NCBI GenBank assembly: GCA_048939765.1
Contig: JBHLPF010000003.1
Coordinates: 32,001-96,000, forward strand
Length of the DNA: 64,000 bases
Direction: 5' to 3'
From: Promethearchaeota archaeon
GTDB taxonomy: Archaea > Asgardarchaeota > Thorarchaeia > Thorarchaeales > Thorarchaeaceae
The stretch's first letter is position 1. Every line of letters begins with the position of its first letter. The notes beneath the pieces were generated by a model. The model was not told the DNA's origin and made no database searches. It saw only the letters and a list, made by a program, of their open reading frames with translations. Of this stretch, positions 56,519 through 64,000 are shown piece by piece. A program made the position numbers and the translations under genes.

Positions 56519-57478
56519 CTACGGAGCCATCGATATCTTGAGTCGTGAGACCAGCTCCTTGTACCTGTTACGAATTGTGACCTCTGTAACACTCGCAGCT
56601 AGAGCTATCTGACGCTGAGTCACTCTGTTATCAGTGAGTATTGATGCGATGTAGATGGCTGCTGCAGCTAGTCCTCTTGGGTCTCTGCCGGTGACAAGAC
56701 CCCCCACAGCCTTTGCTTCGTCTAGCAGTTCAAGTGCCTTGCTCTGAACTTCGCCAGGAAGGCCAAGATCTGAGATGAACCGAGGCACGTAGTTCTCCGG
56801 TTCTGAAACAGGCATTCTCAGACCGAGCTTGGTCACTAGGAGCCTATAGCTGGCGCCCATCTTCTTCTTGTGGACTCTGCTGTACTCCGATATCTCCTCT
56901 AGAGACCTCGGTGACTTCCTGAGTCTGCATGCAGCATAGATGGCGGCTCCCACCATAGCATCAATTGAACGGCTCTTGACATATCGTCCTAGGATAAGCT
57001 TCCTATACAGTGTCGCAGCCAATTCCTTGATGTTCTTCGTCAGTCCCATTTGGGATGCAAGCCTATCAAGCTCTGTCATTGCCTGTGCCAAGTTACGCTC
57101 AAGTGAGCTATGAACTCGGGTTCGTCTCTGCCACTTTCTGAGCCTATAGATCTGGGCTCGCTGTGACGCGGTGAATCGTTTACCGCTGGAGTCATGATCT
57201 CTCCAGTCAATCATTGTGGATAGACCCTTGTCATGAATAGCAATACTCGAAGGAGCGCCGGTTCTGGCGCGAGAGTCTCTCTCCTGCGAAGTAAAGGCCC
57301 TCCACTCAGGACCGGTGTCTATTCTATGGTCTGACAGTACTAACCCACACTGGGTGCAGACTATTTCTCCATTCTCCCAAATTGACTCCTTGCTGCCGCA
57401 GTCCGGACAGGCGGAGTCGACTGTACTTTCAACCTTTGCATTGTTTAGATTCTTACTCTGTGTAGTTCTGGATGCTAT
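56519..57478 (-). CDS. tfb: Transcription initiation factor IIB, paralog 2 (apparent ATA start)
   Basis: In-frame upstream of the tracked ORF: CPDC-x11-CTQC Zn ribbon, IDTGPEWRAF, HDKGLST; two cyclin repeats; VTEVTIRNRYKEL. Confidence 0.9.
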   Translation of the reverse strand: MASRTTQSKNLNNAKVESTVDSACPDCGSKESIWENGEIVCTQCGLVLSDHRIDTGPEWRAFTSQERDSRARTGAPSSIAIHDKGLSTMIDWRDHDSSGKRFTASQRAQIYRLRKWQRRTRVHSSLERNLAQAMTELDRLASQMGLTKNIKELAATLYRKLILGRYVKSRSIDAMVGAAIYAACRLRKSPRSLEEISEYSRVHKKKMGASYRLLVTKLGLRMPVSEPENYVPRFISDLGLPGEVQSKALELLDEAKAVGGLVTGRDPRGLAAAAIYIASILTDNRVTQRQIALAASVTEVTIRNRYKELVSRLKISMAP

Positions 57479-57558
57479 TTTTTCTCCCTCCTCAGGGAAA
57501 CGGTGTTAGGGGATTAACCCCACACCCCACTTGCGTGCTTTTGCGCGGATTCCGTAGA

Positions 57559-58500
57559 TCACGGTGCCATTGTGATGTTAAGCTTGTTCACCAATTCCTT
57601 GTAGCGATTTCTGACTGTCACTTCAGTGACGCCAGCGGCCATTGCAATGTCCCGCTGAGTTACTCTGTGATCCATCAGTATCGACGCGATGTATATTGCA
57701 GCCGCGGCTAGCCCTCTAGGATCGCGGCCGGTTACAAGGCTTCTCCGTTCCTTGGCCATATCCAGAATCTCAAGTACCTTCTGCTGAACCTTGCCCGGTA
57801 GGTTCAACTGAGTTATCAGTCTTGGAACATAGTTTGCTGGGTCAGATATCGGCATTTTGAGCTTCAATTTCTCCACCAGCAACCTGTAATGCTGTCCGAT
57901 CTTCTTCTTTGAGACTCTGCTGTGCCTGGAGATTTCCTCAAGGGACCTGGGTGCCTTTCTCAGTCTGCATGCGGCGTAAATAGACGCACCGACCATCGCA
58001 TCAATCGACCTGCTCCGTGCAAGTCTCTTGACTATGAGCTTCCTATATAGAAGTGCAGCCAACTCCTTGATGCTCTTTGTAAGTCCAAGCTGTGAAGTCA
58101 GTCTGTCAAGTTCAGACATCGCCTGAGCGAGATTTCTGTCCACTGAGCTATGAACGCGAGTTCTGATCTGCCACTTTCGAAGCCGATAGAACTTCGAGCG
58201 CTGTTGTGCTGTGAAACGCTTACCCTGTGAGTCATGATCTCTCCAGTCCATCATCGTTGAGAGACCCTTGTCATGAATAGCGTATGAGCTAGGCGCACCC
58301 GCTCTTGAGCGTGCATCTTTCTCATCCGCCGTGAATGCTCTCCATTCAGGACCAGTATCAATGCGGTGGTCGCTTACTACAAGGCCGCAGGTCGCGCAAA
58401 TCCTTTCACCCTTTTCTAGGTCCTGCACTATCTCATGTCCCCCACAATCTGGACATGTGAAGACTGTGCCTTTTGCTCCTGCTCCTTTCCTTGACGACAT
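57559..58500 (-). CDS. tfb: Transcription initiation factor IIB, paralog 1
   Basis: CPDC..CATC, IDTGPEWRAF, GRDP.GLAAAAIY, VTEVTVRNRYKEL. Confidence 0.96.
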   Translation of the reverse strand: MSSRKGAGAKGTVFTCPDCGGHEIVQDLEKGERICATCGLVVSDHRIDTGPEWRAFTADEKDARSRAGAPSSYAIHDKGLSTMMDWRDHDSQGKRFTAQQRSKFYRLRKWQIRTRVHSSVDRNLAQAMSELDRLTSQLGLTKSIKELAALLYRKLIVKRLARSRSIDAMVGASIYAACRLRKAPRSLEEISRHSRVSKKKIGQHYRLLVEKLKLKMPISDPANYVPRLITQLNLPGKVQQKVLEILDMAKERRSLVTGRDPRGLAAAAIYIASILMDHRVTQRDIAMAAGVTEVTVRNRYKELVNKLNITMAP

Positions 58501-58659
58501 GGCGGATCGACCTCTCCTCACACCTTAGGATTGGACACGAAAGGGAATGGAATCTCACCTTGTATTGATGTCGAAGTCGTGGTGTGGCGCTGAAAGTTCA
58601 AGAAGGTGTTCAATCCCTGTAGGTGGACCCTTAGATTTATATACATGAATGCGTATGGC

Positions 58660-58686
58660 CTTATAAGTGTTTCGAACCTTTATATA
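58660..58686. promoter_or_regulatory. Back-to-back BRE-TATA-like elements upstream of tfb1
   Basis: Minus strand CGAAACACTTATAAG; plus strand CGAACCTTTATATA; overlapping around TTCGAA. Confidence 0.45.
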
Positions 58687-58870
58687 CCTAGGTTCCACTC
58701 CCCTATTTTTCCCCCGCTACTCTGCGTATAGCTTCCTTTTGATATAAGTATTTTGACAAGTCCGTCCATTCGATTTCTCTCACATAGTGTTCCATTTTTC
58801 GTAAGAAACATGTTATTCTCACTATATAGTACGAGAAAAACATACTATCCTCATACATACGTATGTGATT

Positions 58871-59635
58871 CTACTGCTGGGATTCCATTTCTTCTGTGTC
58901 TGAATAGAGTCGCCACTCAGCAACTAGGCCGTCTCGTATCTCTGCGGTCCATAGTATGGTCTCTCTGTCTTCGATTTCTGGAGCTACATGAGAGCCGGTG
59001 GTCCTCCCCAGAATCGCAACTCCATCACCGCTTGTAATGATATGATTCACATGTATCCTGTAGTCCGGATAGGCAGTGAAGTAATCATTCCATCCGGATC
59101 TGCCTTTGGATACTTCTCCTTCGTAGTCTGTAAACGTGAAATCCTCAGTCTGCAGTGCCATGAGACCCTCAGAGTCTGCTGCGTTGATGGTTTCAACAAA
59201 CTTGAGGGCTGTTGACTTGACTCTATCAAGCTTCTCCATGTGCTCCTTGGCCTTCTCTCCAATGTTGACCTTTTCGCGGATTTCGTGCACGTCAGAGTAG
59301 ATTCTCCATTCTGATACCAAATCGCCTCGGACTTGAGCGACCCATAATATTGTCCAATGCTCTTCAACCACAGGTCCCACATGACACCCTGTTGTCCTTC
59401 CGAATACCGCTACTCCATTTCCCCCATTTACTAATTCATCTATGTGAATCTTGTATTCGGGATAATTCTCGAAGTAGCCATACCAACCATCTCGGCCCGT
59501 TGTCACATCACCGTCATAGTCAATGAATGTGAAGTCTTTAGTCTGATGCATCATCAGATCTTCAGCATCTCCGGCATTAATGCATTCAACGAATTCACGC
59601 ACAGCGGACCTAGCCTCTTCTCTCGACTTGCTCAT
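58871..59635 (-). CDS. Tandem SnoaL/NTF2-like domain protein
   Basis: Two clear internal repeats FV..IN..D...QT.DFTF.DY.G..GW..YF..YP.Y..GRTTG.HV.P..TILW..EWR.YSD. Confidence 0.82.
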   Translation of the reverse strand: MSKSREEARSAVREFVECINAGDAEDLMMHQTKDFTFIDYDGDVTTGRDGWYGYFENYPEYKIHIDELVNGGNGVAVFGRTTGCHVGPVVEEHWTILWVAQVRGDLVSEWRIYSDVHEIREKVNIGEKAKEHMEKLDRVKSTALKFVETINAADSEGLMALQTEDFTFTDYEGEVSKGRSGWNDYFTAYPDYRIHVNHIITSGDGVAILGRTTGSHVAPEIEDRETILWTAEIRDGLVAEWRLYSDTEEMESQQ

Positions 59636-59695
59636 GATATGCCTCAATGCAGTATTTGCTCTTCTTGGAGATAAAATGACCGACGAATGAGATCC

Positions 59696-59962
59696 CTAGG
59701 ATGATGCGTATTTCTTTCCCTTCTCAGTTACATAGTAGGACTTGCCACTGGTACCATCAGGCTGGCAGCCCGCGGCGCTTGGGCAGCCGGCACAATGCTT
59801 CCTAGTTGCTTCCACACAATCGCCCAATCTCAGAAGACCTCTATCTAGAAGCATCCCTAGCATATCCTCCAAAGTCTCGAGATGCACACCAACGGCTCTT
59901 GCAAGCTCTGGTTTACTAATGATATTTTCATGCAGAATGATTTGAAGGATCTTTTTCAACAA
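59696..59962 (-). CDS. feoC: FeoC-like winged-helix protein with Cys cluster
   Basis: SKPELARAVGV..LEDML..L..RG, C-x7-CAGCP-x4-C; last gene of feo operon; TTG start. Confidence 0.7.
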   Translation of the reverse strand: MLKKILQIILHENIISKPELARAVGVHLETLEDMLGMLLDRGLLRLGDCVEATRKHCAGCPSAAGCQPDGTSGKSYYVTEKGKKYASS

Positions 59963-59963
59963 G

Positions 59964-60425
59964 TCAACGGTCCCCCAGGAGATGTTGTGTGAAGTTCCCT
60001 TCAGTTTCACCTTCGAGTGCTCTCGCAATTCCAAAGATCAACAGAATAATGAGAAACAACCATACTGTCGGCGTGATGTCTAGAAGGGGCGTCCAAGCTA
60101 TCCAATCCTCAAACCCGAGAATCCATCCAAGATAGTTCGTAGCCAGAATGAACAATTGCAGAACGAATAATATACCTGCTAGGAAGATGCCAACTGCAAT
60201 GTAGGCAAAGCCTTCTCTTTCACCTCTGCGGAGCGGCCTCGCCCCAGCTAAGAAGACCATTGACACTATAACGAGCATCAATGAGCTGATTGGATCTGAC
60301 TGACTTGGAAATGGAACCGCTATGCCAATGCTAGAGCTGAACCACAGAAGACCTCCTGCAAGGTAGACTATTCCTAGGATCAAAGGGAACGGCCAAGTGG
60401 CTTTGTTGACTGTCTTCGCCATCAT
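59964..60425 (-). CDS. Hypothetical 4-TM membrane protein in the feo operon
   Basis: Hydrophobic helices; GGAGG before ATG 60425. Confidence 0.7.
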   Translation of the reverse strand: MMAKTVNKATWPFPLILGIVYLAGGLLWFSSSIGIAVPFPSQSDPISSLMLVIVSMVFLAGARPLRRGEREGFAYIAVGIFLAGILFVLQLFILATNYLGWILGFEDWIAWTPLLDITPTVWLFLIILLIFGIARALEGETEGNFTQHLLGDR

Positions 60426-60433
60426 TTTGCCTC

Positions 60434-61756
60434 CTACGGAATAAAGAACCCTCCAATCAAAACTACCAGTAGTGAGACTGCATATGCAAGAATCAGCTGA
60501 TATCCAACTGAGAAGCCAGTCCACTTCCATGATCCAGTTTCACTTCTAATTATCGCTACAGTGGCAATACAGGGTGTATAGAGGAGAACAAAGACCATCA
60601 AGGCTAGCGCTGAAAGCGGGCTGATTGCTGCTGCAAGTGCTCCACCAATGGCGGCTTTACCTTGCACAGAGTATATGATCCCTAGCGCTTCAACCACTAT
60701 CTCTTTTGCCAACAGACCGAAAATCAATGCTGCAACTATTTGCCATGGAAACCCTTGAGGAGCGAAGATAATGGTACCAAGACTCCCAATTATGCCAATA
60801 AATGATCCATCTGGCTCAACGCCAAATCCACTTGGTCCAGTGTTAGCTAGGAACCACAGAATTATTGCTCCTGCGAGTAAGTACGTACCAGCCTTTCTGA
60901 GAAATAGATAGCCTCTATCCCATGCGTGTCTAATTGACCCGTGTAGTGTCGGTGTCTGATAGGTTGGAAGCTCCATGATTAGCGGAGAGGATTCTTCCCT
61001 TAGAATCGTCTTCTTGAAGATAAGCGCCATGAGGACCGCCATGATAATGCCTAAGAGATACATGACAAAGATCATTGTGCCAGCATAGTCAGGAAAGAAC
61101 ACACCAGCGATGAGCACATACACGGGGAGTCTGGCTGCGCACGACATCAATGGACTAATGAGAATTGTTGTCAGACGATTGCTCTCACCATCTACTGTCC
61201 TTGCTGCCATTATCGCAGGCACATTACAGCCAAAGCCGAGTAGCATCGGTATGAATGACCTACCATGAAGGCCAATTCTCATCATAATTCGGTCCATAAC
61301 AAATGCCGCACGTGCGAGATAGCCACTGTCTTCCAAGATGGATATTGCGAGGTACATGAACAGGATTGGTGGGAGGAATACAAGGATGAATCCAACACCT
61401 CCAATTATCCCATCTGTTAGGAGTGAAGCCAGCCAAGGAATGGGGATTTGTATCGTGAATGTACCTAACCAAGCAAAAGCCGTCTCAATCATTGCCATGA
61501 ACACTAAAGACGCTGTAAAGGTGAAATGAAACATCGCCCACATTATGACCATGAAGATGGGCAATCCGAGGTAGCGGTGGACCAACACGCTATCCAACAT
61601 ATCACTAAGAGTCCACTTCTCCTCACCAGGTTCGTATACCTCGCAGAGTATCTCTCCGATAATCTCGTACCGACGGTCTGCGAGCACTATTTGGGGATCC
61701 AATTCTTCATCGAAATCCTCATCTTCTGAGAATGTACTCTCTGGAGGTTCGGTCAA
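60434..61756 (-). CDS. feoB: FeoB membrane (permease) half
   Basis: LEDSGYLARAAF, GFGCNVPA, MSCAARLP, MELP.Y..P, AKE, LYTPCIAT. Confidence 0.93.
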   Translation of the reverse strand: MTEPPESTFSEDEDFDEELDPQIVLADRRYEIIGEILCEVYEPGEEKWTLSDMLDSVLVHRYLGLPIFMVIMWAMFHFTFTASLVFMAMIETAFAWLGTFTIQIPIPWLASLLTDGIIGGVGFILVFLPPILFMYLAISILEDSGYLARAAFVMDRIMMRIGLHGRSFIPMLLGFGCNVPAIMAARTVDGESNRLTTILISPLMSCAARLPVYVLIAGVFFPDYAGTMIFVMYLLGIIMAVLMALIFKKTILREESSPLIMELPTYQTPTLHGSIRHAWDRGYLFLRKAGTYLLAGAIILWFLANTGPSGFGVEPDGSFIGIIGSLGTIIFAPQGFPWQIVAALIFGLLAKEIVVEALGIIYSVQGKAAIGGALAAAISPLSALALMVFVLLYTPCIATVAIIRSETGSWKWTGFSVGYQLILAYAVSLLVVLIGGFFIP

Positions 61757-62565
61757 ATGGAAACCTCCAAAACACGCTCCCTGATAGCAGGGTTTTGAAC
61801 CATCATCAGAATCTGGTCATCTCGCTCCAGGATTCTGAGTGCTAGCCATCTAGGCGGAAATCTATCCAGGAGTTCCTTTTCATCCTCCAGTATTGCAACA
61901 ATCTCTTTCAGTTTGGTTTCAATGTCAGGACCGTATTTTATTGAGGGAGGTCTGAGTCGTTCGTACTCTCCGTGATGGTGGTGTATCGGATGATAGTGAA
62001 GATGATCGTTGTTATTTGGCTCCCCCGCTGAATGGGGCGCAGAATGGACGGTTTCAACCCTATGGTTTTCTAAGAGCCCCTCTGGCAACGCATGCAGGAT
62101 TGCTTCCCGCAATTCATCCATCCCAACCTTCTTGGTGGCAGTAGTGGCAACGACTGGGGCTCTCAATCGCTGTGATAGCAAATCCATGTCGATATTGTCA
62201 CCCCTCGATTTCACAACATCATACATGTTGAGTACAACTACCAGATTCACCTGCATCTCAATGAGTAACAGCGTTAGATACAGATTCCTTTCCAGCTGAG
62301 AGGCATTCAAAATATCGACAACCACATCGGGTCGATGGTCTATCAGATATTCTCGTGCCACTTCTTCATCATCTGTTAATGCACTCAAGCTATAGACGCC
62401 CGGTAAATCAATGACTTCGAACTCAATGCCCTCGTAGTCGTAATGCCCTTCCTTGACTTCAACTGTCTTTCCGGGCCAATTGCCTGTATGTTGCTTCATG
62501 CCTGTGAGATTGTTGAAGATTACCGACTTGCCAACATTGGGATTGCCAATGAGTGCAATTCTCAT
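61753..62565 (-). CDS. feoB: FeoB N-terminal GTPase/GDI half
   Basis: GNPNVGKS, GNWPGKTVE, DLPG.YS, NMYD; His-rich insert. Confidence 0.93.
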   Translation of the reverse strand: MRIALIGNPNVGKSVIFNNLTGMKQHTGNWPGKTVEVKEGHYDYEGIEFEVIDLPGVYSLSALTDDEEVAREYLIDHRPDVVVDILNASQLERNLYLTLLLIEMQVNLVVVLNMYDVVKSRGDNIDMDLLSQRLRAPVVATTATKKVGMDELREAILHALPEGLLENHRVETVHSAPHSAGEPNNNDHLHYHPIHHHHGEYERLRPPSIKYGPDIETKLKEIVAILEDEKELLDRFPPRWLALRILERDDQILMMVQNPAIRERVLEVSI

Positions 62566-62575
62566 CCTCAACTTG

Positions 62576-62992
62576 CTAAGGCACCTCCCTAACGAGTATC
62601 CTACAAGCCATGTGATGTCCGAGTGCTATGCGTGTTCCTCTGACTTCAATTAATACTGGGCCCTGCCCACCACCTTGCACTACCATGAAGGTACAGCCTC
62701 GTGTTATGCCAAGATCTAGCAGTCTCCGCATTATGCTCCGGCCCCTTTCCTTTCTTGAATGCCTGAATCTGCAATCATCGGTTGCACTCAATACATCACG
62801 AAAATGCATCCTTTGACGGCGTCCTCTTCTATGTGGTACGTGTCGACTGCCTCTTATTCCTTCTATGCCAAGAAGTACGCATCTAGTACCTGGACTGACT
62901 GAAGCAAGCCTCTTCGCCTCGGATTCGTCTAGAACTGGCGTAACTTCTTCTGGCACACGGATCACCTGTAAAAAGTTAGATGCATCTAACAT
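62576..62992 (-). CDS. feoA: FeoA with Arg/His-rich insertion
   Basis: RRLLDLGITRG, GPVLIEVRGTRIALG..MA..ILV. Confidence 0.85.
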   Translation of the reverse strand: MLDASNFLQVIRVPEEVTPVLDESEAKRLASVSPGTRCVLLGIEGIRGSRHVPHRRGRRQRMHFRDVLSATDDCRFRHSRKERGRSIMRRLLDLGITRGCTFMVVQGGGQGPVLIEVRGTRIALGHHMACRILVREVP

Positions 62993-63102
62993 TTCTCTGA
63001 TTCAACTACCCGATATAAGCATTTTCAAATGAGCTTTCAAGGCGAATGCTACCTACCGCAACTATTACATATTGAGTATAGTAATCCGAAGTGGAGACTG
63101 CT

Positions 63103-64000
63103 ATGTCCTTCTACAAGACTCCATTGAAATATGGCGCCACCGTTATCGATGAGTTCATCCCAAAGACACTCAGCGATGTAACTGTGCTGCAGATTGAGGA
63201 ATACAAGCCTGACTTCTCGGACTTTGAGAAGAAGATTGAGGATGTATTGGCCAATCCGATTGGTTCCAAGCCCTTCGATAGTCTAGTCGATGAGGTCTAC
63301 TCTGAAGGCAAGATTATGATGTTCATGGTGGACGACAACACTCGTCCAAACATACATACTCGAATTCTACTGCCGATACTCATGAAGCGACTCTTCACTC
63401 TTGGTGTAAGAAAGGAAGATATCCGAATCATAATTGCCAGTGGCTCACACACGAAGCCCACTCCAGAGGCAATTGAGAAGCGAATCCTAGGAACTGCACT
63501 CTATAGCGAGTGGAAGGACAATGTGCTCATACATGACTGCGATTCGGGAAACCGCAATCTTGGAAACACAAAGAAGGGAGCGCCAATTCTCATAGATGAA
63601 CAAGTACTGAGTGCTTCATTGCTCATTCCACTAAGCGATTCGGAATATCACTACTTTGCTGGACAGGCGGGAACGGTCAAGTTGTTCTGCCCAGGAGTGG
63701 CAGGCCGAGAGACTATTCGAGTCAATCATCCCCGTATGTTTGATGTCGAGCGAGGATTTGTGCCTGGGTGCAGATTAGGCAATACGCAGGGAAACCCTGT
63801 AATCCAGGAGATGATTGAGATCGCAACAAGTGTCAAGCAAAAGCTTCCAATGTTTTGCATTGACACCATAGTGCATCATGGCGAAATTGTCTATGTTCAA
63901 GCTGGGGACCTCATTGAATGCCACAAAGCTGCTTCAGAGCCACTTCGAAAACTACGAGTTGTTGAGACCGATGATCCAGGTGACATAGTATTTGTGTCAG
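63103..64000 (+). CDS. larA: LarA-family nickel-pincer 2-hydroxy-acid racemase/epimerase (3' truncated; not in ORF track)
   Basis: Manual translation from ATG 63103: NPIGS.P, VDDNTRP, IASGSH, IHD, EYHYFAG, K..PGVAG.ETI..NH, GNPV. Confidence 0.88.
   Translation, partial: MSFYKTPLKYGATVIDEFIPKTLSDVTVLQIEEYKPDFSDFEKKIEDVLANPIGSKPFDSLVDEVYSEGKIMMFMVDDNTRPNIHTRILLPILMKRLFTLGVRKEDIRIIIASGSHTKPTPEAIEKRILGTALYSEWKDNVLIHDCDSGNRNLGNTKKGAPILIDEQVLSASLLIPLSDSEYHYFAGQAGTVKLFCPGVAGRETIRVNHPRMFDVERGFVPGCRLGNTQGNPVIQEMIEIATSVKQKLPMFCIDTIVHHGEIVYVQAGDLIECHKAASEPLRKLRVVETDDPGDIVFVS

Noticed and set aside
56519-57478. tfb2 as a pseudogene
   Set aside because: Frame intact over 319 codons with all motifs and a strong SD; kept as CDS with an unusual start
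61753-61756. feoB as a frameshifted pseudogene
   Set aside because: Coupled stop/start with its own SD and both halves intact
1-64000. CRISPR arrays, tRNA/rRNA genes, transposases, integrases
   Set aside because: None recognised by eye; the repeats seen are coding low-complexity tracts. tRNAscan-SE and Infernal were not run

Overview
Gene-dense archaeal window with no recognisable mobile element, CRISPR array, rRNA or tRNA. TFB paralogs, a geranylgeranyl reductase, BRE/TATA promoters and a Rab/Ras-like small GTPase point to an Asgard archaeon, with Thorarchaeia my best guess (inference). Bases 1-41.8 kb form a respiratory island. It carries System I*-type cytochrome c maturation genes (ccmF, ccmABC(D)E with CxxxY CcmE) and a menaquinone prenylation trio (MenA, a long-chain polyprenyl synthase, a GGR-family reductase). 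It also has five paired modules of a GlcD/VAO-type FAD oxidoreductase plus a 2x[4Fe-4S]/CCG (GlcF/HdrD-like) protein, interleaved with exported proteins bearing atypical CX4CH/CX5CH motifs and His-containing cytochrome b-like membrane domains. The island ends in a complex I-like operon (nuoA-J-K-C-D-H-I-M-L-M-N) lacking nuoEFG. Three features stand out. The only NuoB in the window is fused in frame to one of the FAD oxidoreductases. The complex has four antiporter-like subunits (2M), and NuoL carries a 26-codon duplication in its lateral helix. NuoD has neither the [NiFe] Cys pairs nor the quinone-binding Tyr. The remainder holds a small GTPase, AcdA-like CoA ligase, 2-phosphoglycerate kinase-like protein, single-OB SSB, a receiver protein, a 1831-aa FG-GAP/Ig/7TM surface protein, a CoA-disulfide reductase-like enzyme, macrodomain and NUDIX genes, tandem tfb (one apparently starting at ATA), a feoA-split feoB-feoC operon, and the 5' part of a LarA-family racemase. 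All calls come from motif reading by eye; no database searches were run.
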